Shown one piece after another: positions 9,738 to 18,527 of a DNA stretch of 64,000 nt (position 1 is the stretch's first letter; each line of letters opens with the position of its first letter). The notes beneath the pieces are model-generated. The model was given only the letters and a program-made list of their open reading frames with translations. It was not told where the DNA came from and ran no database searches. The translations under genes and the position numbers were made by a program. Location of the stretch: sequence record OL770310; one strand, written 5' to 3'. The DNA is from Escherichia phage PSa2.

Positions 9738-9757
9738 TACTGTATAAATATACAGTA
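9738..9757. promoter_or_regulatory. LexA/SOS box TACTGTATAAATATACAGTA
   Basis: 19/20 match to SOS-box consensus; embedded in a ~28-bp element inverted relative to the copy at 6030-6056. Confidence 0.55.
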
Positions 9758-9838
9758 GAATAACCTGTTGATAAGTCTGTTGAAAACGTCTCAAAATCGC
9801 TAGGATTTTGTCAAGTCAAATCGTGCTGTTAATAAACC

Positions 9839-9847
9839 TGTGGATAA
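9839..9847 (-). promoter_or_regulatory. DnaA box (TGTGGATAA on plus)
   Basis: exact reverse complement of TTATCCACA. Confidence 0.45.
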
Positions 9848-9882
9848 CTTAAATAACAGTGTTTCTCACTTCGCTTTGTAAA

Positions 9883-10023
9883 TGCGAGTCATTCTCATTA
9901 TGCGACTCATTCGCATTCCGCCAATCAAATGATAACCATTCTCATTCCTCTTTCTAAACGCGAATCATTCTCATTCGCATTCAACTTCTCAAATGCGAAT
10001 CAATCTCATTATCATTTGCATTT
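9883..10023 (+). repeat. array of about 5 degenerate direct repeats GCGA(A/G)TCATTCTCATT
   Basis: copies near 9883, 9901, 9932, 9960, 9994. Confidence 0.55.
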
Positions 10024-10060
10024 CGGCAGGCAGGGCATTTTCTATTTGCCCTGCGCTTTT

Positions 10061-10663
10061 GTGCAAATCCGACATTTGCCCCCACGGATTACGTGCCAGC
10101 GTGTATGTGCGAATCCGACAATTTTTGGTGGTGTGCAAATCCGATGGGAAATATTTTTATAATGTGCGAATCCGACAATGAATTTTCCTAAAAACTCCAG
10201 CAATCACGAGCGTGGCTCGATTCCTGTGGAATTAGCTAGAATATGTGCAGAACCGACAAGCGTTAAGGTGTGCGAATCCGACAAGATTTTTGTGACTTCG
10301 ATGAGAGGGTGTGTAATTGTGTGAGTTTGGGGAGAAGTGCGAATCCGACGAGGTTTTTGGGAGGAACTATGGAGGGTGCAGCTGTAGTGGTGCTTCAGCA
10401 CCGGTTTGCTGCGTTTTTGGGGATAATGTGGGATGTTTTGGCTAGAATTGAGATTAGTGGAGATAAAGCGAAATTTTTATTAGCAAAATGGGGCAAAATC
10501 GCTTGACAAGTGAAAATTCCTGTGGCTCCAAAAACTCAGGCAATCAAGGGCCTTCGGCCCGAAATAATGCTGCTATTTTCAGGAGAGTATGTGTTCATGA
10601 AAACTTAGGCAATTGTGCAAATCCGACCATAAATTTCTAGAAACACAATGTGCAAATCCGACA
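10061..10663 (+). repeat. array of 9 dispersed direct repeats TGCGAATCCGACA (variants TGCAAATCCGACA, TGCAGAACCGACA)
   Basis: copies near 10061, 10108, 10133, 10164, 10246, 10270, 10338, 10616, 10651, all same orientation, irregular spacing. Confidence 0.65.
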
Positions 10664-10707
10664 GTAATTTCCAGAAATGTGTTTTCAAAAAAATGTTGTC
10701 TAGAAAT

Positions 10708-10779
10708 AACCGCCCTCCCTATAACCGCCCTGTATAGGAAACCGCCCTAGGATATCTATAGTAGGTGAGAAACTGCCCT
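10708..10779 (+). repeat. four direct repeats AACCGCCCT (one AACTGCCCT)
   Basis: copies at 10708, 10723, 10740, 10771. Confidence 0.55.
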
Positions 10780-11197
10780 AGAATGCGTGAGAAACAGATT
10801 TAAAGTTTGATGTAAACTCTAGAGTTAGTGCTCAACTATTCCTAGAAACTTAGGAGTCTAGAGGAAAGTGTTGTGCCATCCTAGCAGATGAGCGGCAACA
10901 GGTGTATCATCTTGAACATAAATATTGCCTTTAAATATTTATAAGGTAAATAAAAGTAAATATACCCCCATTTCATGAGAGTTAGCCCCTCTAGGCGCGT
11001 GCGATTTGATACATCCTCCTGAGTCTCGGGGAGGAAGAACAATTGACGAGAACCTGCAAGCAGAACCGTCATCAAGTGTTTTCCTACGAGGAATGATGTA
11101 AATCTACGGCCTAGAGGTAAAAACAAGTTGATGTTTTTAATCTATGAGATTATTATAACATGCAGCTCAAATAATGTCAAGAAGATTTTATTAACAT

Positions 11198-11584
11198 TTA
11201 TACATCGTGATTGACTTTGAGTATGACTCCCTTCGATGCCATGAAAAGGAATGTTGCTAAGTAAGATGACTCGGAGTTTAGCGCAGAATAATCTACACTT
11301 CCTCTAGGTCTAGTTTCTTGTTTAGTGTCAAGAATTGTTGATATATCAAACTTAACAAAGTTAGCAATCTTTCTAGCTTGCTCGGGATCACGTAAGAGTT
11401 CATAATGCGCTGCATTTAGAATATTAGTGGATTCAATTACATCATCATTAATTATACTTAGATGAACCTGCGCAAGTATCGAGACAATCCCTAGCTTTAA
11501 CTCAGATACAGAAGAATAAGGTGGTTCTACTTTCTTTGTAAGTCTAGGAAGATGATCATATTTACATTGTTTTTGTGGAATCAT
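11198..11584 (-). CDS. hypothetical protein; reading frame stays open upstream to 11917 (possible frameshifted 238-aa gene)
   Basis: 128-aa ORF from ATG 11584; same frame has no stop back to TAA at 11918-11920; ATG at 11927 lies in +1 frame across an A7 run. Confidence 0.4.
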   Translation of the reverse strand: MIPQKQCKYDHLPRLTKKVEPPYSSVSELKLGIVSILAQVHLSIINDDVIESTNILNAAHYELLRDPEQARKIANFVKFDISTILDTKQETRPRGSVDYSALNSESSYLATFLFMASKGVILKVNHDV

Positions 11585-11923
11585 CAGAATGTTGGGATAA
11601 CATTCTAAACATGACTTTGCATTTCCTTCTTTAAAATGTGGGAGTTCTTTATCAGCAAAGACATGGAATGAATCTGCTGAGAATCCTTTAATAGTAGGGT
11701 CAACAGTTTGAATCAGACGACGTAGACTAATGTATGAAGGAGCTAATGTAACTTCTTCTGCATCTTTATTATACTTGGGCTGTCCACTAGCATTAATATA
11801 TGCAGGATAAAACTCTGCACAAAATGCTATTGCATGTGCCTCTAACTCATTAAGCTGAGAAACACATTTTCCATTACAAGCTCTAGCTAATTTAATAATC
11901 TCTGCTAAATTCTTTTTTTATAC

Positions 11924-12232
11924 TCATATATAATCATCCGGTCTGGGTTTAAGTTCTGTTATTGATTTTGCTGAGGGCTCTAACTTAATCCATGTAAATC
12001 CTAGCTGTTCTGATAGGTGAGAGATATTTCTAGGTGTTATCTTTATATCTGGAGGTAATTTAAATACTAGGTCTTTAAGTAACTTCATATCATCTGAACC
12101 AATGAAGAGAATATACTGCATTTCATCTCTTAGTTCATATTCAGATTCACTCAGGGAGCTAACACCAGCAGTAAATTTATTGAGTTGGGCCACTTTGCAG
12201 CGACCCACGGTAAACTGAGTAATTATATCCAT
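11924..12232 (-). CDS. hypothetical protein
   Basis: 102-aa ORF; start overlaps upstream stop, stop overlaps downstream ATG. Confidence 0.5.
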   Translation of the reverse strand: MDIITQFTVGRCKVAQLNKFTAGVSSLSESEYELRDEMQYILFIGSDDMKLLKDLVFKLPPDIKITPRNISHLSEQLGFTWIKLEPSAKSITELKPRPDDYI

Positions 12233-12843
12233 TAACGACCTCTAGCCTTATCTGCATCAATAGCTTCGAATACTTTCGTTAACATTTCTTCAAGCTCTCC
12301 ATCTTTGCTAGGGTTGCTCAGATGAATAGTATATGAGTTCCTAGAAACTCCGGAGTCTTCCTGTGCTCCGCGATCTTTAGCAAAACTCATCATTGTAACA
12401 CCAGCTTTGTTCCACTCATCTACGTTAGACGCTTCCCCAAACTTATATGACTGTGTACTATTTACTATACCACCACACTTAATATTGTGCATATCCGACA
12501 TTAATCTTTTATCAGAATTATTTAACATCGTGATTGGTCCAGACTGCCACGGATCTCGAATAGTCACTGGAGTACTAGGGCGGTTCACCTCAGTCTTCAC
12601 AAGTTTGTATCCAGCATCGATTAGTGAATTAATCAGATTATCAGCCGGGATGCGAGCCGTGCCAAAGATCTTACTAGCATTCATAAGTTTAGCCTGAAAC
12701 TCTTTGCAAGCCTGAAGATCAATGTGCAAAAACGACAGCTGCATAGATTTAAACTGTACTGTAGCAGTCAGATCTTTAAAGTTGTAATCCCATGTATCGA
12801 GTTCATGATCTGCAACTACTTTAATGGTTTGTTGTGTAAACAT
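12232..12843 (-). CDS. hypothetical protein
   Basis: 203-aa ORF; translationally coupled on both sides. Confidence 0.55.
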   Translation of the reverse strand: MFTQQTIKVVADHELDTWDYNFKDLTATVQFKSMQLSFLHIDLQACKEFQAKLMNASKIFGTARIPADNLINSLIDAGYKLVKTEVNRPSTPVTIRDPWQSGPITMLNNSDKRLMSDMHNIKCGGIVNSTQSYKFGEASNVDEWNKAGVTMMSFAKDRGAQEDSGVSRNSYTIHLSNPSKDGELEEMLTKVFEAIDADKARGR

Positions 12844-13028
12844 TATCTATTCTCCAGTTTATCTAACAGCTTACGAGCTGCGATATTGTGTTGTTTAATT
12901 TCTCTGTTAAGAATCTCGTTCTCACAGTTTAACTCTAGATTCTTAGTATTAAGACGACTGCAGATCAGTATCAAGCCTAGAATAGTTAAGAGGGATACGC
13001 CAAGTATTATTAGTAATAAGGTTTCCAT
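12843..13028 (-). CDS. small single-pass membrane protein with coiled-coil tail
   Basis: 61-aa ORF; N-terminal hydrophobic helix LLLIILGVSLLTILGLILI. Confidence 0.45.
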   Translation of the reverse strand: METLLLIILGVSLLTILGLILICSRLNTKNLELNCENEILNREIKQHNIAARKLLDKLENR

Positions 13029-13261
13029 TATTTGATTCCCATGTAACGTTTAAGATAAACAATGAAGTCTTCCGCTGTATGTTCTAGGCTACCTTGAGCC
13101 ACGAATAACTTGAGAGACTCACGTTGTAATTTAAGAGTAGCTATCTCGCCACGTAACTTCACGTTATCGTCAATAATCTTATTAGCTTCACGAGTCTTGT
13201 GCACAGCAGTGTTAATGGCAAAGACTAATACGATTGCTAAGATAATTAATACATATTCCAT
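13028..13261 (-). CDS. small single-pass membrane protein with coiled-coil tail (paralog-like of 12843-13028)
   Basis: 77-aa ORF; N-terminal hydrophobic helix VLIILAIVLVFAI. Confidence 0.45.
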   Translation of the reverse strand: MEYVLIILAIVLVFAINTAVHKTREANKIIDDNVKLRGEIATLKLQRESLKLFVAQGSLEHTAEDFIVYLKRYMGIK

Positions 13262-13548
13262 TAGTTACTCCATATTAGCATCCAGCTCTTGTCGAACGTG
13301 GCTGCTCTATTAATTAATTCGCCCATGGAGACGTTATTGTCGTCTATGGCTTCTTGTACAAACTCTTTACCGAAATCATCTACTAGGTATTCTGTACCAT
13401 TTATAATAATCTTGTAGAGAGCTGGGACTAAAGGATGTTGATGATTAAGAGGACTCTCGTTAACAATTATCTCATTCTTTCCCCATGTCGTCTTGAACAG
13501 TTTGTGGGAGAGTAGAGCTAATGGGTTTGACCAGACTACGTACTCCAT
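13261..13548 (-). CDS. hypothetical protein
   Basis: 95-aa ORF; 5' end overlaps 3' end of 13472-14014 in another frame. Confidence 0.4.
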   Translation of the reverse strand: MEYVVWSNPLALLSHKLFKTTWGKNEIIVNESPLNHQHPLVPALYKIIINGTEYLVDDFGKEFVQEAIDDNNVSMGELINRAATFDKSWMLIWSN

Positions 13549-14014
13549 CTTTCTTTAACTCCTGTTTTAACTTTTGATCTTTATTATACCAAATTATATG
13601 CTCACCGTCAACTACAAATTTGTGGAAAGGTGCTGGTACAGTGTACACTCCATATTCTGTTAAGCGTGTCACAACTTTATGAGCACACAATCGGCAACCA
13701 TGTCCTTCTAAGTGAGACCGTGCAGTTTGCAAGAAGTAACCATCGTGATCTGGACAATAGATCTCAACCTGCTGTTGCATCGTTCTATATTTAACTCTTT
13801 CATACCCAAAGAACTTATCATGTGCTTCAACAGCTCTTCTGATAAAGATAAGATTAAGTGCGTCTTGCTGGAAGTCTGGATGAAGTTGTTTGAGCTTAGT
13901 TCTATTAATAGATCCATCTGATTTAGTGAATCTATTTATGGGGAATTGTAATGCTTCCTCATAAAGTAATTCGTTTATTTTATCTCTCATAGTATACACG
14001 AAAGGCCAGAACAA
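13472..14014 (-). CDS. hypothetical Cys/His-rich protein (possible zinc-binding nuclease)
   Basis: 180-aa ORF; CPDHDG...HLEGHGCRLCAH cluster. Confidence 0.45.
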   Translation of the reverse strand: MFWPFVYTMRDKINELLYEEALQFPINRFTKSDGSINRTKLKQLHPDFQQDALNLIFIRRAVEAHDKFFGYERVKYRTMQQQVEIYCPDHDGYFLQTARSHLEGHGCRLCAHKVVTRLTEYGVYTVPAPFHKFVVDGEHIIWYNKDQKLKQELKKDGVRSLVKPISSTLPQTVQDDMGKE

Positions 14015-14028
14015 TTAAGTCCTGGCCT
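14003..14028 (-). terminator. hairpin AGGCCAG-N12-CTGGCCT
   Basis: inverted repeat downstream of 14036-14458. Confidence 0.3.
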
Positions 14029-14035
14029 CTAGAAA

Positions 14036-14458
14036 TTAGGTAGCGTCAATGCTCACTAAATCCGTTATAAATTCACCTGATTCCATAGGGATAGAGATCG
14101 CAGGGTCACATTCACAGGAGGTTATCCATTCGTCCCATTTACTATCAAGTAAAGAGATAAAGCTATCAGGACTTCCTCTTTCTTTATACCTAGCTAAATA
14201 TTCTTCTTTTAGCTCTCGTTCTGGATAAAGCAGAATAAAATCTATTCCAGCAGCATGAAGAGCATCTCGTACTTCTTTATGGCTAGAAACTAAGATCAGT
14301 TTACCTTCTTCTATAGCTTGTGAAATGTGCTCAATATAGTTCGCTGGAAAGTTATCCTTCGGGAACTTAGAAGAATCTGAATCTAGTACACGTGGAAAAC
14401 ACTTAGTAAAGTAAGTCTTACCACACCCTGGAAAAGCAGATATAACGTTAAATTGCAT
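14036..14458 (-). CDS. small P-loop NTPase (Walker A GCGKT)
   Basis: 140-aa ORF; AFPGCGKTY. Confidence 0.5.
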   Translation of the reverse strand: MQFNVISAFPGCGKTYFTKCFPRVLDSDSSKFPKDNFPANYIEHISQAIEEGKLILVSSHKEVRDALHAAGIDFILLYPERELKEEYLARYKERGSPDSFISLLDSKWDEWITSCECDPAISIPMESGEFITDLVSIDAT

Positions 14459-14468
14459 AATTATTTCC

Positions 14469-14852
14469 TTAGTGAAGTTTCTTGCCGTTTAAGGCCATAT
14501 CAGCAGTTTCTAGAAGAGATTCAGTAATCTCACGAGATACTGAATACTCATTAATTGCATGGCGACGTTTATAAGCATAGGCATTAACAACCAGATCTAC
14601 AGCACCAAGAACATCTTGAACAGTAACTTCTTCACCATTATCAATCTCTTCCTGAGTAATGTCCATTAACTGGCCAACTGCCATTAAGAGACCAATAAGA
14701 TCTGCTGTTTCACCTGCAACGATTGGGTCAACATGGTCTGTAGTAAGATCGAAGGCATGATTAACAATATCTCGACCTTCTAGAGTACCTTCCTCAATCC
14801 GCTTCTCCAACTGCTTCATCTGCTCTAGCACTGGATTTTTCTTTTGTGTCAT
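14469..14852 (-). CDS. hypothetical acidic protein (possible MazG-like pyrophosphohydrolase)
   Basis: track ORF 14469-14918 trimmed to internal Met; Glu/Asp-rich helices. Confidence 0.35.
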   Translation of the reverse strand: MTQKKNPVLEQMKQLEKRIEEGTLEGRDIVNHAFDLTTDHVDPIVAGETADLIGLLMAVGQLMDITQEEIDNGEEVTVQDVLGAVDLVVNAYAYKRRHAINEYSVSREITESLLETADMALNGKKLH

Positions 14853-15261
14853 GATAAAGATTTCCTGTATCAGTTGGAAGGAATGCCGATTGTGCCTTCG
14901 GCGGATGTTGTTTTGCAATCCAGTTGAGGATCAGTACACGGCTAGGAACGATATCAGTATTATACCAGAAGTCATGAACCCAATGTCGTGCATCTTCGAA
15001 CTTACCAAATTTATATGCTTTCTTAAACAATTCAAAACCAAAACAGTCAGGTGCAAAATCTACATCACGATAAGGAATTACCTTAGAACCTGTGAGATCT
15101 TGGATAGCTGCATTAATTTCTGTGTGGGAGTATTTCGACTCATGGAATGTATTGAAGAAGCGATAATTGAAGCGTCCATTTGTTTCGACAAACAACTGAA
15201 TGAATAAATCATTAAATTGTCCATCAAACCAGTAATTCTGTAATCTTTGCAGTGCTGTCAT
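14794..15261 (-). CDS. hypothetical protein
   Basis: 155-aa ORF. Confidence 0.5.
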   Translation of the reverse strand: MTALQRLQNYWFDGQFNDLFIQLFVETNGRFNYRFFNTFHESKYSHTEINAAIQDLTGSKVIPYRDVDFAPDCFGFELFKKAYKFGKFEDARHWVHDFWYNTDIVPSRVLILNWIAKQHPPKAQSAFLPTDTGNLYHDTKEKSSARADEAVGEAD

Positions 15262-15458
15262 TTACGAACTCCATTAATTGCTGCGATAACGCCTTCATAC
15301 ATGAAGGGAAGAACTTGTGAAACGTGGAAATCTTGAATTGTCCAGCCCGCTTCTTGATACATAATGTTAATGATTGCACAACTTAACATAAAAGCGGGTA
15401 GAATTATAAAGTAATCCCACGTTGCTTTCTGCAAGTTAGGGTTATAAAAATTAATCAT
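15258..15458 (-). CDS. small membrane protein
   Basis: 66-aa ORF. Confidence 0.4.
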   Translation of the reverse strand: MINFYNPNLQKATWDYFIILPAFMLSCAIINIMYQEAGWTIQDFHVSQVLPFMYEGVIAAINGVRK

Positions 15459-15558
15459 CTATTTTTAAGTCTCCGTATTACTTTGGCCTGCTCAACGATT
15501 ATGAAAATGGCAACCACTAAACCGAAGATTAGGATTGCCATAACAGTTGTTAAATCAA

Positions 15559-15891
15559 TCAAGGTAGACGCCAAACGTAATGGGCTGTCCAAAGTGTTTC
15601 TGGTTCATCGTCATGATGCATCACTAAGGACTCTGGAGAATAACTATTAGCTAGTTCTTTACGAACCATCTCACGTTCTTCACCAGTTTCAATATTTTTA
15701 ACAATCACTTTCATATTAAGAGGAGTTAACTCAGAAAGCGGTCGCCATAAATCTTCCAGATCTGTTTTAGTTTTATTCTGGATAGATTGAAGGACTTCTA
15801 GTGTCTGGGGGTCTACGTTAATAAACCCACGTTCAGTAACAAAACCTAGAAACTCGTCCAGCAGGGTTAATTCACTAAAATTAAGCTTCAT
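15559..15891 (-). CDS. hypothetical protein
   Basis: 110-aa ORF. Confidence 0.5.
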   Translation of the reverse strand: MKLNFSELTLLDEFLGFVTERGFINVDPQTLEVLQSIQNKTKTDLEDLWRPLSELTPLNMKVIVKNIETGEEREMVRKELANSYSPESLVMHHDDEPETLWTAHYVWRLP

Positions 15892-16126
15892 CTTTCAGAA
15901 TATCCTCGATCATGTCAGAAGATTGCTGTAGTTCGTCTACAATGCGTTTAACGTCAGTTTTTGTCACTTTACCAGCCAACATCGTGAACAGCATTGCAAC
16001 GATGATGATAGGAACTGACAGAACAAACAGTGCTACTTTACCAACGTTCTTCGGGGTCCAGGTATGATACTTAGTAACCAGAACACCAACAATAACCAGA
16101 TAAAAAGCTAAGATAATTAACATCAT
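15881..16126 (-). CDS. small membrane protein
   Basis: 81-aa ORF, two hydrophobic segments. Confidence 0.45.
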   Translation of the reverse strand: MMLIILAFYLVIVGVLVTKYHTWTPKNVGKVALFVLSVPIIIVAMLFTMLAGKVTKTDVKRIVDELQQSSDMIEDILKDEA

Positions 16127-16404
16127 TTCTTAATCTCCGTGATTACCTGAGCGCGCAGGACTTTAATAGGAAGTTTAGTGTTACCAACAAGAGTTTCAAT
16201 ATTCGTTAGCTTTTCTTTAAGAAGATCTGAACGTCTTTGCGTGTCCTCAATATCTTTCTCAGCAGCTATATACTTTTCCCATAGTGCATTGTTGGTGGCC
16301 TTCATTGCTTCCATATTTTTATTAGCATTAATAATACCAATGATTCCACCAATTGCTGCTAAAGTCGTGAGAACCAGTAATCCAATTAAAATTTCTGTAA
16401 TCAT
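16123..16404 (-). CDS. single-pass membrane protein with coiled coil
   Basis: 93-aa ORF. Confidence 0.45.
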   Translation of the reverse strand: MITEILIGLLVLTTLAAIGGIIGIINANKNMEAMKATNNALWEKYIAAEKDIEDTQRRSDLLKEKLTNIETLVGNTKLPIKVLRAQVITEIKK

Positions 16405-16808
16405 TTAAATACTCCATTAGCACACCACATGGATGGTGGGACTTCTTCTACATTTCCATAAAATTTGATCTTAAATAAGACACTACCTTTATTTTGGCAG
16501 AAAATCTTTCCTTCCTCTACCATAATTTTTGCTTGATTTGTGTCACCAGATCTTAAAACATCTATTACTGTAACCCCTGTAAATCTGGAGAATTGTTCAT
16601 CAGCATATTCACCTTGTTGACGGTGTCTCTGCTCCATTTCCATGGCTGCTTTCTTTGCCTCTTCCCATTTATCCTTATGCTGAGTTGGGGCTTCCTTAAC
16701 TTCTACTTTATCACGCTGGTTAAGCATGAAATCGGTAACACCGAGTGTGATAGCTAGAGAGACTAGGGCATTCAGCCCTAGTACAAGTAAGAATTTTCCG
16801 TTAGTCAT
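16401..16808 (-). CDS. membrane-anchored protein
   Basis: 135-aa ORF, N-terminal hydrophobic segment. Confidence 0.5.
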   Translation of the reverse strand: MTNGKFLLVLGLNALVSLAITLGVTDFMLNQRDKVEVKEAPTQHKDKWEEAKKAAMEMEQRHRQQGEYADEQFSRFTGVTVIDVLRSGDTNQAKIMVEEGKIFCQNKGSVLFKIKFYGNVEEVPPSMWCANGVFK

Positions 16809-17077
16809 TATTTCTTACCTTTTAGTTGCTTAACTTCACGCTCAAAAGATGCTGCACGACGTTCGGCGGTTGCCTGATGCTCTTTCGCAAAACGTACTTC
16901 CTGTTTAGCGAGGTTGAATGCCATAGCATTCTTGTTCAGAGAATCATACATCTTTTTCATTGCCGGAATAGACATCTTCATAAGCTGACCTTCAAAACCC
17001 TGCATATCGAGGAGAATTGCCAGAACGTTAGCCATTTCAGTTTTAGTCATGTTTTCCATTAGAATTTCCTCTCTCAT
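16808..17077 (-). CDS. hypothetical protein
   Basis: 89-aa ORF. Confidence 0.5.
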   Translation of the reverse strand: MREEILMENMTKTEMANVLAILLDMQGFEGQLMKMSIPAMKKMYDSLNKNAMAFNLAKQEVRFAKEHQATAERRAASFEREVKQLKGKK

Positions 17078-17091
17078 TAATTTATGAACTT

Positions 17092-17120
17092 ATTATACAG
17101 AATTTTAAAGCTAAAAGCAA
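17092..17120 (-). promoter_or_regulatory. sigma70 early promoter (TTGCTT-17-TGTATAAT on minus strand)
   Basis: -10 complement at 17092-17097, -35 complement at 17115-17120, 17-bp spacer. Confidence 0.6.
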
Positions 17121-17137
17121 CTGAATTTTTTAATTAC

Positions 17138-17569
17138 TTACCAATCGTTAACGAAACCTGAGAACTCAGAAGCAAATACTAGCTCAAATTTCTCAGCAAT
17201 TTCAGGGTGATCTTTACAGATCAGTTCAATGCACTTCTCAGGTTCCATACCATCTTCCTCAGGATCACCGTAATACTTGTCCCAAAGATCATCAGGAATA
17301 ACTTGCTCAGCTAGATCTTGGAAGTTCACTAACTGATAGCGTGGAGTATCCTCATTAATAAAGATCTCATGCAATTCCTCAGATACTTCTCCCTTATAAT
17401 CGGAAATTAGCAGAGCATTGCAAGCAAAACATTCCCACATCATCAAACGCTCAGAAATCGGGTTCGATTTGTCTTGAACATAGGACTGAAAGACTGCCTT
17501 AAAAGTAGCTTTAACTTGCTCAAACTTATCTGCTGTTGCGATTAAAAGTGCTTTATCAATCTTTTGCAT
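17138..17569 (-). CDS. hypothetical protein
   Basis: 143-aa ORF. Confidence 0.55.
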   Translation of the reverse strand: MQKIDKALLIATADKFEQVKATFKAVFQSYVQDKSNPISERLMMWECFACNALLISDYKGEVSEELHEIFINEDTPRYQLVNFQDLAEQVIPDDLWDKYYGDPEEDGMEPEKCIELICKDHPEIAEKFELVFASEFSGFVNDW

Positions 17570-17599
17570 TTTGATTCCTTCTCATCAATTTATAAAGTA

Positions 17600-17627
17600 A
17601 TTATACAGAAAACTAAGCATTTTAGCA
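17600..17627 (-). promoter_or_regulatory. sigma70 early promoter (TTGCTA-17-TGTATAAT)
   Basis: same architecture as promoter family. Confidence 0.55.
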
Positions 17628-17730
17628 AATGAAGTTTTAAAATAAAAGGCCTAAGCCTAGGCCCGTAAAGAAAGAGATAAGAACTACTATCCCTATTGCT
17701 ATAAATATCTCACGAGCCATGCCATCAAAA

Positions 17731-18321
17731 TCAAACATTGATATCTCCCCTCAATACCGCTGCCACATCTTCATCAATTTGGAGTACTTCACCAGTAGTA
17801 CAGTTAACCACTTTATCATAGCTTGTGAATTTGCCAGACACAATATCCTCTAGAGGAATAGGAGTCTTGCTCATCTCAAAAGAGACGTTGATATAACGTG
17901 GGTCACGCACAGAATTAGTATGCACATGTCCGTGAATGTTTAGCCTACCACGAAGTTCTGCTTCATGCAATGGACAATGTGACAGCCAAAACTTCTTGCC
18001 ACCACCTGTTTGCTTACCTAGAGCCTGAATATCATCATAAACGTCTATAAGATCTTTAATATGCAGACCCTGACGCTCAGCATCGTGGTTTCCCATAATT
18101 AGTTGGTTAGGCACGTTGTGGATAACCGACTTCAACTTGGCCAACCCTTCTCGCCCCACGGCACTATCTCCTAGCAGCACAAGTTTTGTACGCTTGCCAA
18201 TGTGCTTGGACAAAGTATCTAGGATATACTCATCGTGCTCTTTCATGTTCTTAAACCAGGGGCGAAAACGAAGAATCCCTGGGTGGTCTAAGTGGAGTTC
18301 ACTCCAGAATTTAACTTTCAT
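17731..18321 (-). CDS. calcineurin-like metallophosphoesterase
   Basis: 196-aa ORF; motifs LGDSA, GNHD, HGHVH. Confidence 0.6.
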   Translation of the reverse strand: MKVKFWSELHLDHPGILRFRPWFKNMKEHDEYILDTLSKHIGKRTKLVLLGDSAVGREGLAKLKSVIHNVPNQLIMGNHDAERQGLHIKDLIDVYDDIQALGKQTGGGKKFWLSHCPLHEAELRGRLNIHGHVHTNSVRDPRYINVSFEMSKTPIPLEDIVSGKFTSYDKVVNCTTGEVLQIDEDVAAVLRGDINV

Positions 18322-18527
18322 TATTTATTCCTTACACATGTGGATGTAATAGTATAACTATCGTAGAATATACCTTTTGTGAGTCCAATTTGAATACTGG
18401 AATAATCTAGCTCACCTCCAGCTACATCACATAAGTGTTTTGTATCTTCTGCAGTAAATCTCATATTATCGTCGTAGGAATCACATCCAGCTAACAGTAA
18501 TGTAGATAAGAATACCAGCTTTTTCAT
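18321..18527 (-). CDS. small lipoprotein
   Basis: 68-aa ORF; signal peptide with lipobox LLAGC. Confidence 0.5.
   Translation of the reverse strand: MKKLVFLSTLLLAGCDSYDDNMRFTAEDTKHLCDVAGGELDYSSIQIGLTKGIFYDSYTITSTCVRNK

Noticed and set aside
9929-10506. Plus-strand ORFs 9929-10162, 9993-10181 and 10270-10506, and minus-strand 10204-10401
   Set aside because: They lie entirely within the repeat arrays, lack ribosome binding sites and have repeat-driven composition; treated as spurious.
10061-10663. Possible CRISPR array (short repeated 13-mers)
   Set aside because: Repeats are irregularly spaced (27-270 bp), degenerate, have no uniform spacers and no cas genes nearby; better explained as an iteron or binding-site array.
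12232-12843. ADP-ribosyltransferase identity for the 203-aa protein
   Set aside because: Based only on the order of an Arg, an S-T-Q and a Glu-x-Glu-like element; not strong enough to annotate, kept as a hypothesis in the findings.
17637-17738. 33-aa minus-strand ORF encoding a GLGLGL-containing hydrophobic peptide
   Set aside because: Coding sequence coincides with a GGCC-based hairpin and overlaps the end of the upstream gene; too ambiguous to call.
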